A program made the translations under genes and the position numbers. 64,000 nucleotides of DNA from Bacteroidetes bacterium UBA6661 (GTDB taxonomy: Bacteria > Bacteroidota > Bacteroidia > AKYH767-A > OLB10), in assembly GCA_002455375.1 (NCBI GenBank), contig DKKR01000071.1, positions 15,632 to 79,631 of the forward strand, read 5' to 3'. The notes under the pieces are model-generated. The model saw nothing but the letters and a program-made list of their open reading frames with translations. It had not been told where the DNA came from and ran no database searches. Shown here one piece after another: positions 1-8,738 of the stretch. How positions within the stretch are numbered: the first letter of the stretch is position 1; each line of letters begins with the position of its first letter.

Positions 1-1
1 T

Positions 2-1558
2 TATGCAGGTGTACAGGATGCACTCGTTCAATGGTGGTACGGTCACAATGCAGTTGCATTTTTTCTTACAACACCCTATCTGGGATTGATGTATTACTTT
101 CTGCCAAAAGCTGCTAACCGTCCTGTGTATTCCTATCGTCTTTCAATCATTCACTTTTGGTCATTAATATTTCTTTATATATGGGCAGGACCACACCACT
201 TGCTCTATACTGCATTGCCTGATTGGGCACAGTCATTAGGTGTTGTGTTTTCAATAATGTTACTTGCTCCATCATGGGGTGGTATGATAAACGGATTATT
301 GACACTACGTGGTGCTTGGGATAGAGTACGCGATAATCCGGAGCTTAAATTTTATGTTGTTGCAGTAACTGCTTATGGTATGGCAACTTTTGAAGGCCCT
401 ATGCTTTCACTTAAATCGGTTAATGCCATCAGCCACTTTACCGATTGGACTATTGCTCACGTACACATTGGTGCATTAGGTTGGAACGGATTTCTGACTT
501 TTGGAATTTTATATTGGCTAATCCCAAAATTATTCAACACAAATTTATATTCTAAAAAATTAGCGGGAATACATTTCTGGCTCGGAACACTTGGTATTGT
601 CTTTTATGCAATTCCACTTTACTGGGCAGGCATTACACAGCATTTCATGTGGAAAGAATTTACTGAGGATGGTGTGCTGCGTTATCCCAATTTCCTCGAA
701 ACAGTAGTTCAGGTTATTCCAATGTATAAATTGCGTGCATTGGGTGGATCACTTTATTTGCTTGGCTCATTGGTGATGGTTTACAATTTGATTAAAACAG
801 TGCGTGCAGGAAAAATGGTTGCTAATGAAGAAGCAGAAGCACCGGCATTAGAAAAAAATTATGTTGCTCATGATGACCACTGGCATCGCTGGATTGAGCG
901 CAGACCTGTTCAAATGCTTATTGGAAGTCTTATTGTAATTCTCATAGGAGGAATGGTTGAGATTATTCCAACTTTTATGGTGAAGTCAAACGTGCCAACC
1001 ATAGCAAGTGTTAAACCTTATACACCTCTTGAATTGCAGGGTCGTGATATTTATGTACGGGAAGGATGTTACACATGTCACTCACAAATGGTGCGACCTT
1101 TCCGTTATGAAACTGAACGCTATGGTGAATATTCCAAGCCTGGTGAATTTGTTTATGACCATCCGTTTCAATGGGGAAGTAAGCGAACCGGCCCTGACCT
1201 GCATCGCGAGGGCGGAAAATATCCTGACTCATGGCACTATAATCACATGCTCGACCCGCAAACTATGTCACCCGGAAGTATTATGCCTTCGTATGCATTT
1301 ATGATTGATGATGATTTAGACACTAGCACTACTGCAGCAAAAATACGTGCTATGCAAAAGTTAGGCGTGCCATATCCTGATGGTTATGATGCACATGCCA
1401 ACAAAGATCTGATGAAGCAGGCAAACAGTATTGCATCAAATCTTGAGAAAGATGGAATCAAAGTAATGGGTAATAAAGAGATTGTAGCCATAATTGCATA
1501 CTTGCAACGATTGGGAGTTGATATAAAAGCAGAAAAGACTACTGCATCAGTTAATTAA
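2..1558 (+). CDS. ccoNO: cbb3-type cytochrome c oxidase, fused subunits CcoN-CcoO (5' partial, continues upstream of window)
   Basis: Frame is open from nt 2 ([28 protein letters not shown] precedes the listed Met). CcoN-type motifs [11 protein letters not shown] and [13 protein letters not shown]. The C-terminal third has a TM helix plus a single heme-c site CYTCH, as in CcoO. Fusion of N and O is typical of Bacteroidota. Confidence 0.9.
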   Translation, partial: YAGVQDALVQWWYGHNAVAFFLTTPYLGLMYYFLPKAANRPVYSYRLSIIHFWSLIFLYIWAGPHHLLYTALPDWAQSLGVVFSIMLLAPSWGGMINGLLTLRGAWDRVRDNPELKFYVVAVTAYGMATFEGPMLSLKSVNAISHFTDWTIAHVHIGALGWNGFLTFGILYWLIPKLFNTNLYSKKLAGIHFWLGTLGIVFYAIPLYWAGITQHFMWKEFTEDGVLRYPNFLETVVQVIPMYKLRALGGSLYLLGSLVMVYNLIKTVRAGKMVANEEAEAPALEKNYVAHDDHWHRWIERRPVQMLIGSLIVILIGGMVEIIPTFMVKSNVPTIASVKPYTPLELQGRDIYVREGCYTCHSQMVRPFRYETERYGEYSKPGEFVYDHPFQWGSKRTGPDLHREGGKYPDSWHYNHMLDPQTMSPGSIMPSYAFMIDDDLDTSTTAAKIRAMQKLGVPYPDGYDAHANKDLMKQANSIASNLEKDGIKVMGNKEIVAIIAYLQRLGVDIKAEKTTASVN

Positions 1559-1572
1559 ACAGGAGGAATATT

Positions 1573-1740
1573 ATGTATAAAGAAGTAATGTCAACCATAA
1601 AAGATATCAGTATCTATCCTGTATTTTCTTTCGTCATTTTCTTTGTTTTTTTTACCATTGTAGGTATTTGGGTTTTGAAATCAAAGAAAGAAGATTTTGA
1701 GTCTGTAAGTAAACTGCCATTAGAAGAAAAAAATGATTAA
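1573..1740 (+). CDS. ccoQ: CcoQ/FixQ-like small membrane protein (55 aa, below the ORF-track cutoff)
   Basis: ATG at 1573, TAA at 1738-1740, AGGAGG at 1561-1566 (6-nt spacer). MYKEVMSTIKDISIYPVFSFVIFFVFFTIVGIWVLKSKKEDFESVSKLPLEEKND: one TM helix and a charged tail. It sits between ccoNO and ccoP, where ccoQ lies in cbb3 operons. Confidence 0.55.
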   Translation: MYKEVMSTIKDISIYPVFSFVIFFVFFTIVGIWVLKSKKEDFESVSKLPLEEKND

Positions 1741-1751
1741 AACTTTAAGTA

Positions 1752-2924
1752 ATGAAAAGGATAATTAATTTAATATGTTTGATAATGCTTATCTCATTAT
1801 CTGCATGGGCCGAAGATAATTCACAGGCAACAGAAACAGCAAAAGTAGCAGCCGCTCAACCTCCGGACTGGGCAATGAATGCAAATACTTATCTTATTGC
1901 ATTTATTGTGATTGTTTTACTCGTTACTATATTGGCATTATTCAGAAGTAGTCTGAAGCTGATTAAAAAAATAACATCGTTTTGTATTGTTATGTTTATT
2001 TCGGGTTCTGCTTTTGCCGCAGAAACTACTGAATCAAAAGAAGTAGCAAAGGTAACTGCAGCACAACCACCTGACTGGGCATTACATCCAAATACATATC
2101 TCATTGCATTCATAGTTCTTATTTTACTTGCTACAATTATTGTATTGTACAAAACAAATATGAAACTTATCAAAATGATTGCACCTCATGCATTTGACGA
2201 TGAGAAGCAAACAGCAGTAGAAGGAGCAGTTTCCGGAGTGAAAAACCGTGAAACATTTATGCGTAAGGTGTATTTGCGTTTAGTGGATAGTGTTCCTGTT
2301 GCTAAAGAACAGGATATTCTTTTAGATCATGATTATGACGGTATTCAGGAGCTTGACAACAATCTGCCACCATGGTGGAAGTGGGGATTTTATATTACAA
2401 TTATTGCTGCTGTGGTTTATATGCTGGCTTATCATGTCACAGGAACAGGAAAATTACAGGCCGAAGAATATGCTGATGAACTTGCCGTAGCAGCAAAGCA
2501 GAAAGAAGAACGAATGAAAAATTCAGCAGAGAATATTACAGAAGAAAATGTGACAGTGTTGGTTGATGCTGCTGAAATTGCAAAAGGGAAAGATATTTAT
2601 GAAAAAAACTGTTCTGCTTGTCACATGGCTGACGGTGGTGGAATGGTAGGGCCAAACCTTACCGATAACTATTGGCTGCATGGTGGTGGTGTAAAGAATA
2701 TTTTTAAAACAATTACTTATGGTGTTCCTGCTAAAGGAATGATTAGTTGGCAGGCACAGCTATCACCAAAACAAATTCAGGAAGTAACTTCTTTTATCAT
2801 GACTCTTCATGGAACAAAACCGGCAGCGCCTAAAGAGCCTCAAGGTGATGAATGGAAAGAAGATGCTACTGCCACTGCAGGAGATACCACTGCCGTAGCT
2901 TCGGCAGAAGCTGCAGTTAAATAA
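1752..2924 (+). CDS. ccoP: cbb3 oxidase subunit CcoP-like, monoheme cytochrome c with a duplicated N-terminal membrane module
   Basis: FixP N-terminal-type motif DHDYDGIQELDNNLPPWW followed by a TM helix. Single CXXCH (CSACH) with downstream GGGMVGPNLTD and WLHGGG. Position immediately after ccoNO/ccoQ. Confidence 0.8.
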   Translation: MKRIINLICLIMLISLSAWAEDNSQATETAKVAAAQPPDWAMNANTYLIAFIVIVLLVTILALFRSSLKLIKKITSFCIVMFISGSAFAAETTESKEVAKVTAAQPPDWALHPNTYLIAFIVLILLATIIVLYKTNMKLIKMIAPHAFDDEKQTAVEGAVSGVKNRETFMRKVYLRLVDSVPVAKEQDILLDHDYDGIQELDNNLPPWWKWGFYITIIAAVVYMLAYHVTGTGKLQAEEYADELAVAAKQKEERMKNSAENITEENVTVLVDAAEIAKGKDIYEKNCSACHMADGGGMVGPNLTDNYWLHGGGVKNIFKTITYGVPAKGMISWQAQLSPKQIQEVTSFIMTLHGTKPAAPKEPQGDEWKEDATATAGDTTAVASAEAAVK

Positions 2925-2941
2925 AATTAAATCTCTTTTTT

Positions 2942-4345
2942 ATGGTGGAGAATAAAATGGAGCATATTGATGAATCGTTCAGAGATAGTATTGCAACAGT
3001 TACTGAAGATGGCAAACGTGCATGGATTTATCCCAAGAAACCCAAAGGCAGATATTACAATGCCCGTACTTGGGTAAGTGTAGTATTTCTGATTATATTC
3101 TTTGCATTACCATTAATTAAGATTAATGGACATCCGTTTTTTCTGCTCAATGTTGTAGAGCTTAAATTCGTATTGTTTGGAATTGCTTTTTTTCCACAAG
3201 ACTTTTATTTGTTTGTATTGGCCATGCTGACCTTTGTAGTGTTTATTGCATTATTTACAGCACTGTTTGGAAGGCTTTGGTGTGGGTGGACATGTCCGCA
3301 AACTGTTTTTATGGAAATGGTATTTCGCAAAATCGAGTATTTGATTGAAGGCGATTTTATGAAACAAAAAGCACTCGATAAGCGACCTTGGGATGCAGAA
3401 AAAATCAGAATCAAGACTACAAAACATCTTGTATTTTTTTTCATAGCGTTTCTTATCTCTAATACTTTTCTGATGTATATAATCGGATTTGATGAGTGGA
3501 AAAAAATTATTACAGATAATCCATTAAACCATATTGGAGGATTGTTTGCAACCATCATTTTTGCAGGTGTGTTTTATGGTGTTTATGCACGTTTTCGTGA
3601 GCAGGTTTGTATTGTGGTTTGTCCTTATGGCCGCTTACAAGGTGTAATGCTCGACCCTAATACTGTGGTTATTGCTTATGACTATAAAAGAGGTGAACCA
3701 AGAGGGAAACTTAGTAAAGACAATAATGAGCAAGGCGATTGTATAGACTGCAATCAATGTGTTCAGGTTTGTCCTACGGGCATTGATATTCGAAATGGAA
3801 CACAACTTGAATGTGTAAATTGCACAGCTTGTATGGATGCCTGTGATGACATTATGGATAAAATCCAGAAGCCACGTGGACTCATCAGATATACAAGTGA
3901 GAATGCCATTAAGAAAAATGCTAAATTTAAAATTAATTCGCGCATTATTGGTTATTGCATAGTCTTGACGATATTGTTTTCTACGTTCGTAGTTTTATTA
4001 GCAAGACGTAGTAATATTGAAACAACAATTTTACGTGCCTCAGGGCTGTTGTATCAAAAACCTGATGAAAGCCATATCAGTAACCTTTATAACATTGCTT
4101 TGATAAACAAAACTTTTGGTGATATGCCTATTGAATTAAAAGTTGTTGAACCAAAGGGAGAAATAAAATGGGTAGGCAATGGCATTACACACCTTAAAGA
4201 GCAATCAGTGGCACAGAGTACTTTTTTTCTTATATTACCCAAGACGGAAATTAAAAAAACAAAAACAAAAGTGATTTTTGAAATCTGGTCAGAAGGAGAA
4301 AAAATAGATCGTTATGAAACGTCATTCTTAGGCCCCAATAATTAA
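2942..4345 (+). CDS. ccoG: cytochrome c oxidase accessory protein CcoG (4Fe-4S ferredoxin-type membrane protein)
   Basis: Multiple TM helices, CGWTCPQ motif, ferredoxin cluster motifs CIDCNQCVQVCPTGIDIR and CVNCTACMDAC. Synteny after ccoP. Confidence 0.85.
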   Translation: MVENKMEHIDESFRDSIATVTEDGKRAWIYPKKPKGRYYNARTWVSVVFLIIFFALPLIKINGHPFFLLNVVELKFVLFGIAFFPQDFYLFVLAMLTFVVFIALFTALFGRLWCGWTCPQTVFMEMVFRKIEYLIEGDFMKQKALDKRPWDAEKIRIKTTKHLVFFFIAFLISNTFLMYIIGFDEWKKIITDNPLNHIGGLFATIIFAGVFYGVYARFREQVCIVVCPYGRLQGVMLDPNTVVIAYDYKRGEPRGKLSKDNNEQGDCIDCNQCVQVCPTGIDIRNGTQLECVNCTACMDACDDIMDKIQKPRGLIRYTSENAIKKNAKFKINSRIIGYCIVLTILFSTFVVLLARRSNIETTILRASGLLYQKPDESHISNLYNIALINKTFGDMPIELKVVEPKGEIKWVGNGITHLKEQSVAQSTFFLILPKTEIKKTKTKVIFEIWSEGEKIDRYETSFLGPNN

Positions 4346-4352
4346 TTTAAAA

Positions 4353-4790
4353 ATGAAATTCAACTGGGGACATTGTATTGCAGTAGTTTTAGTGATTTTT
4401 GCATCATCAATATTGGTGTTTGTTTATGTTGCATCTAAGCAGAAGAATGAATTAGTGACTGAAAAATACTACGAGAAAGCAGTAGCTTATCAGCAAAGAA
4501 TTGATGCAGAAAAAAATGCATTAAATGAAAACGCAGAGGTTAAATACAATATCAAATCCGGTCAGCTAATGTTGGTGTTAGGCCGAAATATGCCAAATGC
4601 AAATGGTACTTTTCAGTTTTATAAGCCTGATAATGCAGCTAAAGATTTTAATACTTCATTTCAGGTTAACGATACCGGGTTTTATAGTGCTGTTATTCCT
4701 CAATTAACGCATGGCCGGTGGAGCATTAACGTAAGCTGGAATGTTGACAGTAAAGCGTATTTTTACGAAAAGAAAATTTTTATTCCCTGA
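4353..4790 (+). CDS. FixH/CcoH-like protein
   Basis: 145 aa, one N-terminal TM helix then a beta-rich periplasmic domain. Located directly after ccoG (7-nt gap), as FixH-family genes are in cco clusters. Confidence 0.55.
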   Translation: MKFNWGHCIAVVLVIFASSILVFVYVASKQKNELVTEKYYEKAVAYQQRIDAEKNALNENAEVKYNIKSGQLMLVLGRNMPNANGTFQFYKPDNAAKDFNTSFQVNDTGFYSAVIPQLTHGRWSINVSWNVDSKAYFYEKKIFIP

Positions 4791-5530
4791 TGAACGAAAA
4801 CACTTTCTATTACGGAGCTTTGCTACTTGGTTTTCTTGGTAGCTTTCACTGTGTAGGAATGTGTGGTCCAATCGCACTAATGCTTCCGGCAAATAAGTTA
4901 AATAATCGCAGTGTGGCATTTTTTGGCAGAATGTTTTACAACATTGGCAGGATGATAACCTATATGTTTATTGGAATGTTGTTTGGATTATTGGGTGCAG
5001 CTTTTGTTTTAAATGGATTTCAAAAACAACTGAGTATTATAACAGGAGTTATTTTGTTATTAATTGCAATATTTACTTTAATTCCTTCTACCAGAAAGAA
5101 AGTACTTAGTGTTTCATCAAAAATAAATATTCCTTTCAGAGGAGTATTAAAAAAACTTTTTTCAGGAAAAACAGCCTTACATCATTTTGGTATTGGTATC
5201 ATTAATGGGTTTCTTCCATGTGGATTTGTTTATGTAGCAACAGCAGGAGCCATCAATGCAGGTAATATTTTGAATAGTGTTCTGTATATGGCATTCTTCG
5301 GATTAGGTACTTTTCCTATTATGCTTCTTGTTTCCTATGCAGCATCGTGGTGTAATTTTTCAATGTCACGCTATGTAACTAAAGCCACGCCATGGATATC
5401 TGCAGCATTAGCGCTATTTCTTATCTACAGAGGAGCTTTCATGAATTTCGATGCCGATTGTCATAAACATTCGCATCCGCCAACAATGATTGAATGTAGT
5501 AAACCCGAAACGCTGCAAATTTTGTTTTAG
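4790..5530 (+). CDS. DsbD_2 / TauE-SafE-like integral membrane protein (cco-cluster associated)
   Basis: Start overlaps the upstream stop (TGATG). About 6 TM helices, N-terminal GSFHCVGMCGPI motif and a Cys/His-rich tail (DADCHKHSHPPTMIEC). This gene type commonly closes Bacteroidota cco clusters. Confidence 0.55.
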   Translation: MNENTFYYGALLLGFLGSFHCVGMCGPIALMLPANKLNNRSVAFFGRMFYNIGRMITYMFIGMLFGLLGAAFVLNGFQKQLSIITGVILLLIAIFTLIPSTRKKVLSVSSKINIPFRGVLKKLFSGKTALHHFGIGIINGFLPCGFVYVATAGAINAGNILNSVLYMAFFGLGTFPIMLLVSYAASWCNFSMSRYVTKATPWISAALALFLIYRGAFMNFDADCHKHSHPPTMIECSKPETLQILF

Positions 5531-5608
5531 GAGATTGTTCAATAGCCGATATTCGGTAGCTTAATGATATTTGTATATTCGCAACGCTACATTAAATCGG
5601 AAAGGTAA

Positions 5609-8600
5609 ATGAGTCATAAATTATTAGATGCCTTGATGCACCTTTTTGCCATTCTGGCAAACGCTGAAAAATTTTCTCTCGAAGGTAGAAGTATAGTTGA
5701 GTCTTTTTTACGTCAGCAAATCAGTCGTGCTTATGTGTTAAAATATCTTGAATTGTTTGACGCATATCTTGAAAATATTAGAGGCAAGGCAACAGAAGGA
5801 AAGTTGAAAAAGAGACTTTCAGTGAACTCTGTAAAAGTATTGCGCATCTGTACCGACATTAATGCCGAACTTGATACCAGACAAAAGCATATTGTTTTAA
5901 TGCGGCTGATTGAATTCGTTTATACTTCTGAAAAAATTATTGACAGCCAGGAAAGAGAATTTCTTTATACAGTTGCTGAGGTTTTTCATATTTCGCCTGA
6001 TGATGTTCAGTTGTGCATGGAATTGGCATGTAATAATACAGAAGATAAATATTCAGATACTCCTAAATATTTAGTATTATCTTCACAAGATGATGAGAAC
6101 AATACTTTAAATACTAAAACACAAAGTATATCAGGACTAAGTGGTTTTTTCCGTTTTTTATTTCTTAAAAATGCAGGATTACTTTTTGTACGATATCACG
6201 GTACAGAGTCTTTTACACTAAATGGATTACCACTAAATGACGATGTGTGTTATGTTTTTTCTGCAGGTTCAGTTATAAGAGGTTCAAAGGTAAATACAAT
6301 CTATTATTCTGACATTATCAGACTGTTTTCAAATTTTAAGCAACAGAGTTTGTTGCATTTTGATGTGCAACATGTATACTATGATTTTGCAAATGGTAAA
6401 CGCGGCCTCAATGATGTTACCTTTAGTGCAACATCCGGAAATCTAGTTGGTATTATGGGTGGAAGTGGCGCAGGAAAATCCACGCTACTAAATATCTTAA
6501 ATGGAAACAATAAGCCTACGCAAGGAAAAGTTACTATTAATGGAATAGATCTGTATCGGGAGTCTCATCTGATTGAAGGTATGATAGGCTATGTGCCACA
6601 AGATGATTTGCTGATAGAAGATTTGTCTGTCTATCAGAACTTATTTTATAATGCAAAGCTTTGCTTTGGTAATTTAACCGATAGTGAAATTGATGAACGA
6701 GTAAAAGCACTTTTACAAAATGTTGGTCTTAGCGAAGCAAGCCATCTGCGTGTTGGAAATGCACTCAGTACTTCTATCAGTGGAGGTCAGCGCAAGCGAC
6801 TCAACATTGCATTGGAATTAATCAGAGCACCGGAAGTGCTTTTTGTTGACGAACCAACCTCCGGTTTATCTTCTCTCGATTCAGAGAATGTTATGGATAT
6901 GCTCAAACAACTTGCTAATCACGGCAAACTTGTTTTTGTTGTAATACATCAGCCATCGAGTGATATTTTTAAAATGTTCGACAAACTTTTTGTACTTGAT
7001 ATTGGTGGCTTTCCTGCATATTTCGGCAACCCTGTTGATTCATTATTGTATTTTAAACAGCGGGCTTCTTTTGCTGATGCCGATTATAGTGAATGTGGAA
7101 CTTGTGGGAATATAAATCCGGAGCAGGTTTTTTCTATTCTTGAATCAAAAGTGATGGATGAGTTTGGCAATCCAACACAGCAACGTAAACTGACTCCTTC
7201 AGATTGGTATCAGTTGTTTAAGGAACATAGCAGTGGTTATGGTAAAGTGAATGAGCGACAACCTGTGCAGGGAAGTGCAAATCAGAAACCCGGTTGGATT
7301 CAACAGCTGAAAGTATATGTCACTCGTGATGTTCTGGCCAAGCTTAAAAACAAACAGTACATGCTCATTACATTTCTTGAAGCACCCGTGCTGGCAGTTA
7401 TTCTTGCCTGGTTTCTAAAATATTTTCATGCAGGAGGCAATTATATTTTTTGTGAAAATAAAAATCTTGTAGCCTATCTTTTTATGGCAGTTATTGTTGC
7501 TATTTTCATGGGACTTACCGTAAGTGCCGAAGAAATAATCCGAGATAGAAAGATGCTTAAACGCGAACAATTTCTCAACCTCAGCAGAAGCAGTTACTTG
7601 TCATCAAAAATATTGGTTCAGTTTCTAATATCGGCCATTCAGACTTTTTCATTTGTCATAATAGGAAATTTCATTTTTGGTATTCAAAGTATGAATTTAG
7701 ATTATTGGCTAATGCTATTCTCTGTTTCCTGTTTTGCCAATTTGCTGGGACTAAATGTTTCATCTATGTTTGACAGTGCTGTTACTATTTATATCCTCAT
7801 TCCTTTTCTGATTATACCACAAATTATTTTAAGTGGTGTAATGGTAAAGTTTGAAGACCTGAATCCATATCTGACTTCTCAGCGACATGTTCCCGTAATT
7901 GGTGAGATGATGGTTTCGCGATGGGCATTTGAAGCGCTTGCAGTGAATCAGTTTAGTAATAATCCTTATCAAAAAAACTTCTTTAATGTGGACAGGCAAA
8001 TGAGCGAAGCTACTTACAAGAAGGATTTCTGGCTGCAGAAGTTGAATGATATTGCTGATGACATTTCTAAAAATAAATCTAAAAATCCAAAACAAGATGT
8101 TGCGTTAATTGCAAATGAATTCCATAAAGAGGCTTTAATCAACAAAAATTTCAAACCTTCAGTTGATTTTGAGAAGTCAGATGCTTTAGAAATTGCATCA
8201 CAAATTAAACCACTGACAGACACACTTCGTAATTTCTATATTGAGATGTATAACAATGCATCTGCTGCAAAGGATAGTCTTGTCAAGAAAGAACTGAGTC
8301 ATTCAACTGTAGCGCGAATGAACAAACAAAAAGAAAAGTTTACCAACAATGCCTTAAATGATCTTGTTTTAAACAGAAATGATTTTACCATTCTTGTGCA
8401 AGATGGCAACAGCATTGTGCAAAGATTTCAACCTGTTTATATGCAGCCTAACCCATCAGCATTATTCAGAGCACCACTTTATGTTTATGAGAAGAATTTT
8501 TTAGGAATGAAAATTCATACATGGTATGTAAATCTTTTTATGATTTGGCTTATGAGCTTTATTTTGATGGTTACACTTTATTATAACAGCTTCAGAAAAT

Positions 8601-8632
8601 TTATCGGTTTGATGGGACAAGGTAGAAAGTGA
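5609..8632 (+). CDS. ABC transporter, fused ATPase and ABC-2-type permease with a long N-terminal helical (TerB-like) extension
   Basis: Walker A GGSGAGKST, signature SGGQRKR, Walker B LFVDEPTSGL, H-loop VIHQPS. NBD-then-TMD order (ABCG-like). Multi-TM region at about aa 590-790, then a ~200-aa soluble insert and a final TM helix. Confidence 0.8.
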   Translation: MSHKLLDALMHLFAILANAEKFSLEGRSIVESFLRQQISRAYVLKYLELFDAYLENIRGKATEGKLKKRLSVNSVKVLRICTDINAELDTRQKHIVLMRLIEFVYTSEKIIDSQEREFLYTVAEVFHISPDDVQLCMELACNNTEDKYSDTPKYLVLSSQDDENNTLNTKTQSISGLSGFFRFLFLKNAGLLFVRYHGTESFTLNGLPLNDDVCYVFSAGSVIRGSKVNTIYYSDIIRLFSNFKQQSLLHFDVQHVYYDFANGKRGLNDVTFSATSGNLVGIMGGSGAGKSTLLNILNGNNKPTQGKVTINGIDLYRESHLIEGMIGYVPQDDLLIEDLSVYQNLFYNAKLCFGNLTDSEIDERVKALLQNVGLSEASHLRVGNALSTSISGGQRKRLNIALELIRAPEVLFVDEPTSGLSSLDSENVMDMLKQLANHGKLVFVVIHQPSSDIFKMFDKLFVLDIGGFPAYFGNPVDSLLYFKQRASFADADYSECGTCGNINPEQVFSILESKVMDEFGNPTQQRKLTPSDWYQLFKEHSSGYGKVNERQPVQGSANQKPGWIQQLKVYVTRDVLAKLKNKQYMLITFLEAPVLAVILAWFLKYFHAGGNYIFCENKNLVAYLFMAVIVAIFMGLTVSAEEIIRDRKMLKREQFLNLSRSSYLSSKILVQFLISAIQTFSFVIIGNFIFGIQSMNLDYWLMLFSVSCFANLLGLNVSSMFDSAVTIYILIPFLIIPQIILSGVMVKFEDLNPYLTSQRHVPVIGEMMVSRWAFEALAVNQFSNNPYQKNFFNVDRQMSEATYKKDFWLQKLNDIADDISKNKSKNPKQDVALIANEFHKEALINKNFKPSVDFEKSDALEIASQIKPLTDTLRNFYIEMYNNASAAKDSLVKKELSHSTVARMNKQKEKFTNNALNDLVLNRNDFTILVQDGNSIVQRFQPVYMQPNPSALFRAPLYVYEKNFLGMKIHTWYVNLFMIWLMSFILMVTLYYNSFRKFIGLMGQGRK

Positions 8633-8663
8633 TATTAATTTTTTTATCAGACCTCAATAAAAA

Positions 8664-8706
8664 ACTGCTATTAAATCATTTAATAGAAAAATGATTTAAT
8701 AGCAGT
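8664..8706. terminator. bidirectional intrinsic terminator hairpin between the convergent ABC gene and nrdJ
   Basis: Perfect 18-bp stem ACTGCTATTAAATCATTT / AAATGATTTAATAGCAGT with a 7-nt loop. A-run upstream and T-rich sequence downstream. Confidence 0.7.
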
Positions 8707-8738
8707 TATGTTTAAATTGCTATCTTATTGAAAAAGCA

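Noticed and set aside
1008-1304. Alternative-frame ORFs (1008-1304 +, 1011-1232 -) inside ccoNO
   Set aside because: They are embedded in the CcoO-like heme-binding region, whose frame is unambiguous (CYTCH and conserved flanks).
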